Origin: Dehalococcoidia bacterium
GTDB lineage: Bacteria > Chloroflexota > Dehalococcoidia > Lucifugimonadales > JAGWBF01
Assembly (NCBI GenBank): GCA_034423015.1
Contig: DAOUJG010000015.1
Location: 12,104-76,103 of the forward strand
Reading direction: 5' to 3'
DNA: 64,000 bases
Part shown: piece after piece, positions 9,244 through 18,266 of the stretch
Numbering within the stretch: the stretch's first letter is position 1
Layout: each line of letters opens with the position of its first letter
Notes under the pieces: model-generated
The model's input: only the letters and a program-made list of their open reading frames with translations
The model's database searches: none
What the model was told of the DNA's origin: nothing
Made by a program: the position numbers and the translations under genes

Positions 9244-10227
9244 CTAGTCGAACAGATGACAGGAGACGGTATGCCCCGGCGCCATCTCCTTCACCTTGGG
9301 CTCCTCCGAGATACACCGGTCGAAGGCCCAGGGACACCGGGTGTGGAAACGGCACCCGGCGGGAGGATTGGCCGGAGAGGGCACCTCTCCAGTGAGCACG
9401 ATCTCGTCCCGCTCGATGTCCGGGCGGGTGGAGAGGGCCGCGGAGATCAGCGCCTTGGTGTAGGGGTGCAGCGGGTTGGTGAACAGCTCCTCGGACTCGG
9501 CGAACTCCACTATCTGACCCAGATACATCACCGCCACCCGGTGGCTGAGGTATCGAACGGTGGCCAGGTTGTGGGCGATGAGCAGGTAGCTGACGCCGTA
9601 CTCCGCCTGCAGGTCCTTGAGCATGTTCATGATCTGAGCGCGGATGGACACGTCCAGGGCCGACACGGGCTCGTCCAGCACGATGATCCGTGGGTTCAGG
9701 GACAGGGCGCGTGCCACGGCGACACGCTGGCGCTGGCCGCCACTGAACTCGTGGGGGTAGTTGTCGATGGAGTTAGGGTCCAGCCCGACGTCGTTCAGGA
9801 GCTGGGCCACCCTGTCCCCCAACTCCGAGCTCCTGGAGGAGAGCCCCTTGTTCACCATCAGCGGCTCGCCGATGATGAAGCGGGCCCGCATCCTGGGGCT
9901 GAGGGAGCTCCAGGGGTCTTGGAACACGGCCTGCACCGCTCCTCGATAGTCGTGGAGCTGGGTGGTGGTGAACCCACCGATGTCGTTGCCCTCGAACTCG
10001 ATGCTTCCCTCGGTGGGCGTCTCCAGCAGCAGCACCATCTTGGCCGTGGTCGTCTTGCCGCAGCCGGACTCTCCCACTAGGCTGAAGGTCTCGCCGGCCC
10101 GGATGTCGAAGGTGATGCCGTCGACGGCCCGGATCATGGCCTTGATCCCGCTCCACGGCATCGAGCCCTTGACGGGGAAGTGCTTCTTGAGGTCCTTTAT
10201 GTCCAGGAGTACCGTTTGCTCACTCAT
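9244..10227 (-). CDS. Oligopeptide/dipeptide ABC transporter ATP-binding protein (OppF/DppF-like)
   Basis: Walker A GESGCGKTT, signature FSGGQRQR, Walker B IIVLDEPVSALD, and the C-terminal oligopeptide-type CRFHTRCP motif. It overlaps the upstream ATPase stop by 8 nt. Confidence 0.9.
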   Translation of the reverse strand: MSEQTVLLDIKDLKKHFPVKGSMPWSGIKAMIRAVDGITFDIRAGETFSLVGESGCGKTTTAKMVLLLETPTEGSIEFEGNDIGGFTTTQLHDYRGAVQAVFQDPWSSLSPRMRARFIIGEPLMVNKGLSSRSSELGDRVAQLLNDVGLDPNSIDNYPHEFSGGQRQRVAVARALSLNPRIIVLDEPVSALDVSIRAQIMNMLKDLQAEYGVSYLLIAHNLATVRYLSHRVAVMYLGQIVEFAESEELFTNPLHPYTKALISAALSTRPDIERDEIVLTGEVPSPANPPAGCRFHTRCPWAFDRCISEEPKVKEMAPGHTVSCHLFD

Positions 10228-11278
10228 TGTACCTCCAGCAGCTCACCGTGCGCCCGTCCTCGAGCACCGTCTGGTCGGGGTACGTCTCCCGGCACTTGTC
10301 CATCACGTAGGCGCAGCGGGCGGCGAAGGGGCAACCCTCCCCGATGGCGTAGATGGACGGAGGCTGGCCGTCGATGGACGTAAGGCGGTCGACCCGCTCG
10401 TCCACGTCGGGCACCGAGTTCACCAGGGCCTCGGTGTAGGGGTGGGCCGGGTTGGAGAAGAGGTCCCTGGTGTCGGCAAGCTCCACGATCCGCCCGGCAT
10501 ACATGACGGCCACACGGTCGCACATCCTGGCGACGATGCCAAAGTCGTGGGTGATGAACAGGATGGACAGGTTGCGGTCCTTTTGCAGGTCCTTGAGCAG
10601 GGCCAGGTAGGCCGCCTGCACCGTCACGTCCAGGGACGTGGTCGGCTCGTCGGCAATCAGCACCTGGGGGTCGCAGGACAGGCCGATGGCGCCCACAGCC
10701 CGCTGCCGCATGCCGCCGCTGAACTGGTGGGGGAAGCTGCCCAGCCGCGTCTCGGGAGCGGGAATCCGCACCGACTTCATCAGCTCGATGGCCTTCTCGA
10801 AGAGGTTCTTGCCCGCCAGCCTCTGGTGGAGGCGCAGGGGCTCGTAGAGCTGGTTGCCGACGGTGAGCACGGGGTTGAGGGCCGTCATGGGGTCCTGCAG
10901 GACCATGGATATGCTCTTGCCCCTCACCCTCCGCATCTCCGCGCTGCTCTTCTGCAGCAGGTCCTCGCCGTTGAGCAGTATCTGCCCGCCCACGATTCGG
11001 GAAGCCGGCTTGGGGTTCAGCTGCATGATGGACAGCATGGTTACGCTCTTGCCGCAGCCGGACTCGCCAACGATGCCCAGGGTCTCCCCCTCGTGCAGGT
11101 CGAAGGAGACTCCATCCACGGCCTTCCCCACGCCCCTCTGGCCGAAGAAGTAGGACTGCAGGTTCCGCACGCTCAGGACCACCTTGCCGTTGCCCTGCCC
11201 ATTGGCCGCAGTGGCGGTGGCGGTCCCGGCCTCGGCCGCGCCCCTGGTGGTCTCTTCCTTGTCTACTGTCTGTTCCAT
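10220..11278 (-). CDS. Oligopeptide/dipeptide ABC transporter ATP-binding protein (OppD/DppD-like)
   Basis: GESGCGKS, FSGGMRQR, LIADEPTTSLD and the C-terminal CPFAARC motif. The start is placed at MEQTVDKEE (11278), which has a GGAGAG RBS. Confidence 0.9.
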   Translation of the reverse strand: MEQTVDKEETTRGAAEAGTATATAANGQGNGKVVLSVRNLQSYFFGQRGVGKAVDGVSFDLHEGETLGIVGESGCGKSVTMLSIMQLNPKPASRIVGGQILLNGEDLLQKSSAEMRRVRGKSISMVLQDPMTALNPVLTVGNQLYEPLRLHQRLAGKNLFEKAIELMKSVRIPAPETRLGSFPHQFSGGMRQRAVGAIGLSCDPQVLIADEPTTSLDVTVQAAYLALLKDLQKDRNLSILFITHDFGIVARMCDRVAVMYAGRIVELADTRDLFSNPAHPYTEALVNSVPDVDERVDRLTSIDGQPPSIYAIGEGCPFAARCAYVMDKCRETYPDQTVLEDGRTVSCWRYNE

Positions 11279-11370
11279 AGCTAACTCTCCGTGTCCCAAG
11301 GGTGTGTCATTGGCAGTGTACGATGGATGCCGCGCGACCGTTTCCGGACCGCCGGTTTTCGCGTTGGCGA

Positions 11371-11379
11371 ATTATACCA
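11371..11379 (-). promoter_or_regulatory. Candidate extended -10 element (TGGTATAAT) upstream of the ATPase genes
   Basis: The reverse complement of attatacca reads TGGTATAAT. It lies about 90 nt upstream of the oppD-like start and downstream of the strong hairpin that follows the SBP gene. Confidence 0.3.
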
Positions 11380-11412
11380 CACCATTCGGTACCGGGCTAC
11401 CAGCCGGAATTG

Positions 11413-11445
11413 GGACAACCCCCCTGAGGCTCAGGGGGGTTGTCC
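11413..11445 (-). terminator. Perfect 16-bp intercistronic stem-loop between the SBP gene and the ATPase genes (no U-tract)
   Basis: GGACAACCCCCCTGAG-g-CTCAGGGGGGTTGTCC, read directly. The position is typical of attenuating or mRNA-stabilising hairpins after ABC binding-protein genes. Confidence 0.5.
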
Positions 11446-11475
11446 GGCCCAGACCGGTCTAGTCCCAAGCCCGGC

Positions 11476-13365
11476 CTAGCTACAGGGCTCCGCCGTGTTG
11501 AACATCAGGGCGACCTGGGTGCCGTTCAAGGGCGTCCAGCCGCACACGGTCTCAGGGTTGCCCGCGTATATCACGTCCCGGAAGGCGATGGGGATGTTGA
11601 CGTACTCGTCGTACATCAGCTTGGCCACCTGCTGGGCCAGGGCCTTTCGGGTTGTGGGGTCCGTGTCCGAGGCGTACTGGAGCCTAAGGTCTATGTACTT
11701 GTCGCTCCATATCCCGTCCACGGAGCCGCCTACTGCGAGCCAGAGCCCGTGGGTCCGTATCTTCTCGCCGAAGTTCCTGGCGGCGGGTATCACGTGCACG
11801 CCAGAGGGGTTCTGTACCCCCTGGTCCGACAGGAGCTGGTCGGACCGCACCAGCGATTGCACGGCAGTCCAGTCGATGGGAACCAGCTCCGCGTCGATGC
11901 CTATGGCCTTGTAGTAGGTGACGGCCGCATCCTGGGCGTCGACCATCTCCGGGGCTACGCCGAAGGAGAAGGCGTAGACGGTCATCTCCATGTTGGGGCA
12001 GTGCTCGTCGATGAGCCTCTTTGCCTCTTCGGGATCGAACCCGTAGGGCTGGAGGTCCGGCCGAAAGCCCTCGTCGTAGGGGGTGAAGAAGGGGCTGGCC
12101 GTCAGGCTGTAGGTGCCCGGCGCGTAAAGGGCCGACGCGATGGCCTGCACGTCCACGGCCAGGTTCAGGGCCTTGCGCACCTCCAGCTTGTTGGTGCAGT
12201 GGGCGGGGTCCCGGCTCTGGTAGAAGTTCAGGTACAGGGTGTCGCCCTGCTTGGGTCCAACCACGTCCAGTCCCGCGGCCCGTATCTCCTCCACGAAGGC
12301 CCCGGAGCTCACGGCCAGGTCCACCTCACCCGTCCGGACCTGGGCCACCCGGGGGGCGTCCTCCACGGTGAGGATGATCTCCATCTCGTCGAACTGGGCC
12401 TTGAAGGCGGGGCTGTAGTAGCCGTCCCACTTCTCGAAAGAGTTGGAGGTGCCGAGGCTGCGGCCCACCCAGTCCCACGGGCCGGTGCCGGGGGCCCCGG
12501 CATCCTCCCAGGCCTGGGAGTTGCCGCCGACCTCCTCCCACTTCCTCTTGGAGGACAGGTAGGAGTCGGCCGCCGCCTTGGGGGCCAGTATATCGTACAG
12601 GAAGGGCTCGTCCCGGGTGAGATTGATCCTCAGCGTGTCCGAGCTGACGATCTCCACGCTGTCCAGTATCTGTATCCACGTGCCGCAGTACAGGCAGAAG
12701 GCGCCTGCGGCCTCCTCGGTGGCCAGAAGCTCGATGGCCCCCCGGGCGTCCTCGACGGTGTAGTCGTCCCCGTCGTGGAACTTGATGCCCTCTTTGATGG
12801 TGAACTCGTAGGTCCTGCCGTCGATCTGCTCCCAGCTCTTGGAGAGGCCCCACTGGTTGGTGAACTGGTTGTCGACGGTCAACCCCATGAGATGGTCCGC
12901 ATAGTTGGCCACGTGGGCGATGCCCGACAGGGTGCCGGCCTTGTGAGGAGCGATCTCTTCACTGGCGAAGTTGTTCAAGGCGACGGTCAGCTTCCGCTTC
13001 TCCTCCATCGCGACAAAGGGCGTAGGCGTGGGCGCAGGCGTCGCCGTGGGCGGGATCGCCGCCACGGCCTGGGACACCGCATCAGATACCGCCTTGTCTA
13101 TCGCCATGGCCAGCTCTTCGCCGGTGACCCCCGACTCGGCGGTGGCCGCGGTCGCCGCCTCCACTATCGCCTGGATCTCCTCGGCGCTGGCGCCCGGCTG
13201 GGCCTGGGCGGCAACGGCCGCCGCCACCAGGGAGCTGATCTCCTCGGCGGACATGTCGGCGGATGGGGCCGGAGCAGCCGTGGGGTCCTCCCCGGCGCAC
13301 GCAGCTGCCAGGACGAACAGGAGCGCCATGGGGACCAGCAGGACCAGCAACCGTCGAGCCTTCAC
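11476..13365 (-). CDS. ABC transporter substrate-binding lipoprotein, family 5 (peptide/nickel type), copy 1
   Basis: 629 aa. The signal peptide with lipobox reads MKARRLLVLLVPMALLFVLAAAC. The fold is a long family-5 SBP with about 70-75% identity by eye to 13435..15465. GTG start with an AGGAGGG RBS. Confidence 0.9.
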   Translation of the reverse strand: MKARRLLVLLVPMALLFVLAAACAGEDPTAAPAPSADMSAEEISSLVAAAVAAQAQPGASAEEIQAIVEAATAATAESGVTGEELAMAIDKAVSDAVSQAVAAIPPTATPAPTPTPFVAMEEKRKLTVALNNFASEEIAPHKAGTLSGIAHVANYADHLMGLTVDNQFTNQWGLSKSWEQIDGRTYEFTIKEGIKFHDGDDYTVEDARGAIELLATEEAAGAFCLYCGTWIQILDSVEIVSSDTLRINLTRDEPFLYDILAPKAAADSYLSSKRKWEEVGGNSQAWEDAGAPGTGPWDWVGRSLGTSNSFEKWDGYYSPAFKAQFDEMEIILTVEDAPRVAQVRTGEVDLAVSSGAFVEEIRAAGLDVVGPKQGDTLYLNFYQSRDPAHCTNKLEVRKALNLAVDVQAIASALYAPGTYSLTASPFFTPYDEGFRPDLQPYGFDPEEAKRLIDEHCPNMEMTVYAFSFGVAPEMVDAQDAAVTYYKAIGIDAELVPIDWTAVQSLVRSDQLLSDQGVQNPSGVHVIPAARNFGEKIRTHGLWLAVGGSVDGIWSDKYIDLRLQYASDTDPTTRKALAQQVAKLMYDEYVNIPIAFRDVIYAGNPETVCGWTPLNGTQVALMFNTAEPCS

Positions 13366-13412
13366 TTAACCCTCCTCTTTACTTAGGAGCACATGCAGCA
13401 CTAGGACCGGCC

Positions 13413-13430
13413 GGCGCTGCAAGCAGCGCC
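13413..13430 (-). terminator. Palindromic hairpin between the tandem SBP genes
   Basis: GGCGCTGC-aa-GCAGCGCC (8-bp stem) lies in the 69-nt spacer. There is no U-tract, so it may be a processing or attenuation element. Confidence 0.35.
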
Positions 13431-13434
13431 TCCC

Positions 13435-15465
13435 CTAGCGACAGGGCTCCGCCGTGTTGAACATCAGGCCAACCTGGGTGCCGTTTATCGGCGTCCAGCC
13501 GCACACGGTCTCGGGATTGGATGCGTAGATGAGGTTGCGGAAAGCTATGGGGATGTTGACGTACTCGTCGTACATCAGCTTGGCCACCTGCTGGGCCAGG
13601 GCCTTCCGCGTTGTGGGGTTGGTGTCAGAGGCGTACTGGAGCCTCAGGTCCACGTACTTGTCGCTCCATATCCCGTCCACGGAGCCGCCCACATCCCTCC
13701 ACAGTCCGTGGGTGCGTATCTTCTCGCCGAAGTTCCTGGCGGCGGGTATGACATGGACGCCCGAGGGGTTCTCGATCCCCTGCTCAGACAGAAGCTTTTC
13801 GTTGCCAACCACCAGCGGCCTGACTGCAGTCCAGTCGATGGGCACCAGCTCCGCGTCGATGCCGATGTTCTTGTAGTGGGTGACCGCAGCATCCTGCGCG
13901 TCCCTCATTTCCGGGGCTACGCCGAAGGAGAAGGCGTAGACGGTCATTTTCATGTTGGGGCAATGCTCGTCTATGAGCCTCCTGGCCTCCTCGGGGTCGT
14001 ACCCGTAGGGCTGGAGGTCCGGCCGCCATCCCTCGTCGAAGGGGGTGAAGAAGGGGCTGGCCGAGAGGCTGTAGGTGCCCGGGGCATAAAGGGCCGAGGC
14101 GACCGCCTGCACGTCCACGGCCAGGTTCAGGGCCTTACGCACCTCCAGCTTGTTGGTGCAATGGGCCGGGTCTCGGCTCTGGTAGAAGTTGAGATAGAGG
14201 GAGTCCACCTGCTGGGGACCCCTGATATCCAGACCGGCGGCGCGTATCTCGTCCACGAAGACTCCGGAGCTCAAGGCCAGGTCTGCCTCTCCTGTCCGCA
14301 CCTGGGCCACCCTGGGGGCATCCTCGGCAGTCAGTATGAACCTGAGCTCGTCGAACTTGGCCTTGAAGGCGGGGCTGTAGTAGCCGTCCCACTTCTCGAA
14401 TCGAGTGAACGAACCGAGGCTACGGTCAACGAAGTCCCAAGGGCCGGTGCCAGGGGCGCCGGCGGACTCCCATCCCTGGGAGTTGCCGCCTGCCTCGTCC
14501 CACTTCCTCTTGGACGCTATGTACAAATCTGCCCCCGCCTTGGGGGCCAACTGGTCGTACAGGAATGGCTCGTCACTATTCAGGTTGATCCTCAGCTTGT
14601 CCGGGCCAACAACCTCCAGGCTGTCCAGCAGCTTGGCCCAGTTGTTGCAGTACAGGCAGGGCGACCCGACCGCCTCTTCGGTGGCCAGGAGTTCCAGCGA
14701 ACCCTTGACGTCGTCGGATGTCAGGGTATCACCATCATGGAACGTGACACCCTCCTTGATGGTGAAGTCGTAGGTGCTGCCGTCTATCTGCTCCCAGCTC
14801 TTGGAGAGACCCCACAGGTTGGTAAACTGGTTGTCCACCGTCAGACCCAACAGATGGTCGGCGTAGTTGGCCGTGAGGGCAATCGCCGATAGGTTGCCAG
14901 AGAGATGTGGGGCGATCTCCTCCGCGTCGAAGGTGTTCAATGCGACGGTTAGCGTCCGCTTCTCCTCCATCGCGACGAAGGGCGTGGGCGTGGGCGCCGG
15001 CGTCGCCGTGGGCGGGATCGCCGCCACGGCCTGGGACACCGCATCCGTTACCGCCTTGTCTATCGCCATGGCCAGCTCTTCGGAGGTGATGCCGGATTCT
15101 GCCCCCGCTACGGCGTCCGCCGTGGCCTGCTTGACCATCCTGTCGATCTCATCGGCAGAAACCCCCTCGGGGATCTCGATGCCCTGGATGGCCTCGTTCA
15201 CCAGCATGCTGACGTCGTCAGCGGACACGCCCTCGGGGATCTCGATCCCGGCGACGGCCTCGTTGACCATCCCCGCGATTTCCTCAGCCGACACCGTGTC
15301 CCCGACGGCCTGTTCGACGGCGGACCGGACGGCCGACTCTACGTCGGCCGACGTTAAGCCAGGGGGTTGCGTTGGCGCCGGAGTCGGGTCTTCGCCGCAG
15401 GCGGCTCCCAGCACAAACAGGAGCACCATGGGGACCAGCAGGACCAGCAACCGTCGAGCCTTCAT
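13435..15465 (-). CDS. ABC transporter substrate-binding lipoprotein, family 5, copy 2 with a longer N-terminal repeat extension
   Basis: 676 aa. The signal peptide with lipobox reads MKARRLLVLLVPMVLLFVLGAAC. The core is the same as copy 1. Confidence 0.9.
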   Translation of the reverse strand: MKARRLLVLLVPMVLLFVLGAACGEDPTPAPTQPPGLTSADVESAVRSAVEQAVGDTVSAEEIAGMVNEAVAGIEIPEGVSADDVSMLVNEAIQGIEIPEGVSADEIDRMVKQATADAVAGAESGITSEELAMAIDKAVTDAVSQAVAAIPPTATPAPTPTPFVAMEEKRTLTVALNTFDAEEIAPHLSGNLSAIALTANYADHLLGLTVDNQFTNLWGLSKSWEQIDGSTYDFTIKEGVTFHDGDTLTSDDVKGSLELLATEEAVGSPCLYCNNWAKLLDSLEVVGPDKLRINLNSDEPFLYDQLAPKAGADLYIASKRKWDEAGGNSQGWESAGAPGTGPWDFVDRSLGSFTRFEKWDGYYSPAFKAKFDELRFILTAEDAPRVAQVRTGEADLALSSGVFVDEIRAAGLDIRGPQQVDSLYLNFYQSRDPAHCTNKLEVRKALNLAVDVQAVASALYAPGTYSLSASPFFTPFDEGWRPDLQPYGYDPEEARRLIDEHCPNMKMTVYAFSFGVAPEMRDAQDAAVTHYKNIGIDAELVPIDWTAVRPLVVGNEKLLSEQGIENPSGVHVIPAARNFGEKIRTHGLWRDVGGSVDGIWSDKYVDLRLQYASDTNPTTRKALAQQVAKLMYDEYVNIPIAFRNLIYASNPETVCGWTPINGTQVGLMFNTAEPCR
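15124..15282 (-). repeat. About 2.4 tandem copies of a 66-nt (22-aa) in-frame repeat inside SBP copy 2
   Basis: Units at 15217..15282 and 15151..15216 encode EIAGMVNEAVAGIEIPEGVSAD and DVSMLVNEAIQGIEIPEGVSAD. A partial third copy encodes EIDRMVKQA. At DNA level the ccctcggggatctcgat core recurs. Confidence 0.8.
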
Positions 15466-15643
15466 TTAACCCTCCCCGCGCCAATAAGAACACTTGCCAT
15501 TGGCTGGAATCAAGCCAATTCCGGGTGTCAATTTCTCATGCGGCCTCTTGTTTTGTCAAGAGGCGCGCCAGTGAAATACGTGGCGCGAATTGGCCCCATT
15601 TCCCTCGGGATTTTCCGCATTCCGCCACGCCTGTCCGCAGGGG

Positions 15644-15673
15644 TTGACTTCCTCAAAAACGATACCTTATAAT
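15644..15673 (+). promoter_or_regulatory. Sigma70-like promoter for the permease genes (TTGACT - 18 nt - TATAAT)
   Basis: TTGACT at 15644-15649 and TATAAT at 15668-15673, about 110 nt upstream of the GTG start at 15786. Confidence 0.55.
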
Positions 15674-15785
15674 TCGCTAATTCTCCCAGACGGGCGAGCC
15701 GCAGCCCTCACCTCGACCCTTCTCTTTATTACTGCAGATTGCAGATGGAAGTGTGTCTACGTGGTAGGGCTGACAGGAGGCAACA

Positions 15786-16709
15786 GTGGGCAAATTCATG
15801 GCCACCCGGCTTCTCCAGGCTGTCCTTACCCTGTGGGCGGTTTCCATAGTCATCTTCCTGATCCCCAGGGTGACGGGGAACGCCGCGGACGCCCTCCTGC
15901 CCGTCGAGGCGACGGCGGAGCAGAGAGAGATACTGATCGAGGACCTAGGCCTGAACCGGCCCCTCATCGTCCAGTACGGGACCTTCATGGTGGACATGCT
16001 GAGCCTGGACTTCGGCACGTCCTTCCGCAACAAGCTCCCCGTCAGGGGAATGCTCGGCGAGCGGTTGGTCAACTCCTTCTACCTGGGCACCGCCTCCCTG
16101 GTGGTAGCCATAATCCTCGCCGTACCGCTGGGGACCATCGCGGCCCTGAACCGGGGCACCGTTCTGGACCGCTCGATAATGATGATACCCATTCTGGGGC
16201 AGTCGATGCCCTCCTTCTGGGCGGGGATCCTTCTGATTCTCCTGTTCAGCATATGGCTGGGTTGGCTGCCGGCCCAGTCCCACGACACGGGGGACTGGAA
16301 GGGCTACCTGATGCCCTCTATCAGTCTTGGATGGATCATCAGCGCGGGGGTGACGCGCCTGGTGAGGTCCAGCATGCTGGAGGTCCTGGGCTCGGAGTAC
16401 GTCAAGCTGGCCAGGGCAAAGGGGGTCAGCGAGTGGTACGTGGTGTTCAAGCACGCGCTGCGCAACGCTCTGATCCCCGTGGTCACGTTCCTGGGGCTCA
16501 CCTATGGCCTCATCCTGGGAGCGGCCATCGCCACGGAGACCGTCTTCTCGTGGCCGGGGATGGGCAGGCTGGCCTACGAGGCGGTGCTCTTCAGGGACTT
16601 CCCCCTGCTCCAGGCGACCACCCTCGTTTGGGCTGGGTTGATCATCGCCATCAACCTTATCGTAGACCTGATGTACGGGATGCTGGACCCCCGCATCCGG
16701 GTAACATAG
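15786..16709 (+). CDS. ABC transporter permease (DppB/OppB-like)
   Basis: 307 aa. The N-terminus ...LLQAVLTLWAVSIVIFLIPRV and the EAA-like region SEYVKLARAKGVSEWYVVFKHALRNALIPVVT are typical. GGAGG RBS with a GTG start. Confidence 0.9.
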   Translation: MGKFMATRLLQAVLTLWAVSIVIFLIPRVTGNAADALLPVEATAEQREILIEDLGLNRPLIVQYGTFMVDMLSLDFGTSFRNKLPVRGMLGERLVNSFYLGTASLVVAIILAVPLGTIAALNRGTVLDRSIMMIPILGQSMPSFWAGILLILLFSIWLGWLPAQSHDTGDWKGYLMPSISLGWIISAGVTRLVRSSMLEVLGSEYVKLARAKGVSEWYVVFKHALRNALIPVVTFLGLTYGLILGAAIATETVFSWPGMGRLAYEAVLFRDFPLLQATTLVWAGLIIAINLIVDLMYGMLDPRIRVT

Positions 16710-16721
16710 GCGAGGAGGGTC

Positions 16722-18131
16722 ATGCAGCTGCAAGCCGGCGCCGTAGCTAGAGCGTCCCAAGCGGGCTTACGCCAGTTCAAAGGGGTCTTCCGGGGGGCTC
16801 CCGTCATACCCGTTGCCATCGTGTTCGTGCTGGCGATCACCTCGATCTTCGGCAACGCCTTCGTAAATCTGCTGCCCACCAAGGTGGACAACTGCCCCGC
16901 CGACGCCTGCCTGAAGAACCCAGACAACTACAACCCCGAGGCCGGCAACCTGGGCGAGAAGCACTACCCACCCATCGGCATCAAGGGGGTGGTACGAGGG
17001 GCCACCGGGGAGACTCTGTTCATCGTCCCCACCGAGGGGTTCGGCGAAGACCTGAACAACGAGATCCTATCGCCCTCGTTCCTGGCCCAGTTCGAGGCCC
17101 AGGGTGTCACCCTTCCCGAGGAGACCACGGTCAACGCCGCGGCGCCGGACCTGGAGTGGCTACTGGAGGGGACCAAATACGTGGCCAAGGGAGAGAGCGC
17201 CGGGTTCAGCCTCGCGCTGGCGGACTACCCGGACGTTTGGCCGGCACTCAGCGCCGGCACCATACCGCAGGACATCCTGGACGAGTTCGAGGCGAACGGC
17301 ATCCAGGTACCTGCCGACGCCGAGCTCGTCACCGTCTTCCCCGGATTCGAGTGGACCATCGAGAATACGCCCTACAAGATCCAGGCCGCCGCCGGAGAAG
17401 TGACCGTGGAGGCCCGCCAGATCAGGGTGGCCATCGCCGAGATCCGGGGAGGCGTCCACCACATCCTGGGGACCGACCGGCTGGGACGGGATGTGATGTC
17501 CCGGCTGATAATGGGCGGGCGGAAGTCCCTCACCATCGCGGCCATATCCATTCTCATCAGCAGCGCCCTGGGCACGACCCTGGGGCTCATCGCCGGCTAC
17601 TACGGACGCTACATAGATGCCCTGCTCATGCGTCTGGTGGACCTGTCCCTGGCATTCCCCGCCATCCTTCTCGCGCTGGTGTTCGCCGTGGCCTTCGGCC
17701 CCAACGAGTGGTGGGTGGTGGTGGTCCTGGTGATGATACGTTGGGCCCACTTCGCCCGCCTGGCCCGGGGTGAGACCCTGGCGCTGAAGGAGCGGGACTT
17801 CGTGGCCCTTGCCAGGGTGGCCGGAGCGCCCGTCTGGAGGATCATCGGCATCCACATCTTCCCCAACCTGGTGAACTCCATCGTGGTGCTGGCCACCCTG
17901 CACATCGGCTCGGCCATCATCGTGGAGGCGACTCTCAGCTTCCTCGGCGCCGGGGTGCCGCCGCCCATTCCCACCTGGGGTGAGATGATCGCCGGTGACC
18001 GGCAGTTCGTGCGCACCGCCTGGTGGGTGTCGGTATCGGCAGGTGTAGCCATCGCCCTCACGGTGCTCTCCTTCAACCTCCTGGGAGACTGGCTCCGGGA
18101 CCGGCTGGACCCGGGTCTCCGTACCCTGTAG
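16722..18131 (+). CDS. ABC transporter permease (DppC/OppC-like) with an extracytoplasmic insertion of about 200 aa after TM1
   Basis: The C-terminal 230 aa are a typical DppC core (ILGTDRLGRDVMSRLIMGGRKSL ... RDFVALARVAGAPVWRIIGIHIFPN). Residues ~50-245 are an extra domain. Confidence 0.9.
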   Translation: MQLQAGAVARASQAGLRQFKGVFRGAPVIPVAIVFVLAITSIFGNAFVNLLPTKVDNCPADACLKNPDNYNPEAGNLGEKHYPPIGIKGVVRGATGETLFIVPTEGFGEDLNNEILSPSFLAQFEAQGVTLPEETTVNAAAPDLEWLLEGTKYVAKGESAGFSLALADYPDVWPALSAGTIPQDILDEFEANGIQVPADAELVTVFPGFEWTIENTPYKIQAAAGEVTVEARQIRVAIAEIRGGVHHILGTDRLGRDVMSRLIMGGRKSLTIAAISILISSALGTTLGLIAGYYGRYIDALLMRLVDLSLAFPAILLALVFAVAFGPNEWWVVVVLVMIRWAHFARLARGETLALKERDFVALARVAGAPVWRIIGIHIFPNLVNSIVVLATLHIGSAIIVEATLSFLGAGVPPPIPTWGEMIAGDRQFVRTAWWVSVSAGVAIALTVLSFNLLGDWLRDRLDPGLRTL

Positions 18132-18147
18132 ACAAGGCCCATCGACC

Positions 18148-18192
18148 ACAAGCCCTTCCCCCGGAGCCTGGGGGAAGGGCTTGTGTCGTTTT
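18148..18192 (+). terminator. Rho-independent terminator after the permease operon
   Basis: A perfect 15-bp stem, ACAAGCCCTTCCCCC-ggagcct-GGGGGAAGGGCTTGT, is followed by GTCGTTTT. Confidence 0.75.
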
Positions 18193-18266
18193 GAGCCCGC
18201 GTACATCCAACCCACCGGCCGTAGGCCTCCCAGCCCCCTTCCCACCTGTCCGCATGCGGTGAGCAC

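Noticed and set aside
11440-13386. Very long ORFs on the strand opposite to well-supported genes. Examples are 2913..4616(+), 5720..7099(+), 11440..13386(+), 13708..14892(+), 18307..19437(-), 27834..29726(-), 29893..31482(-), 35623..36903(+), 38264..39535(-), 43574..45454(-), 49742..51211(-), 57698..59203(+) and 59596..61563(-).
   Set aside because: They mirror genes that have clear family motifs. Their translations are Arg/Gly/Pro/His/Val-rich, as expected for antisense frames in high-G+C DNA. They lack RBSs and any recognisable motif. I treat them as shadow ORFs.
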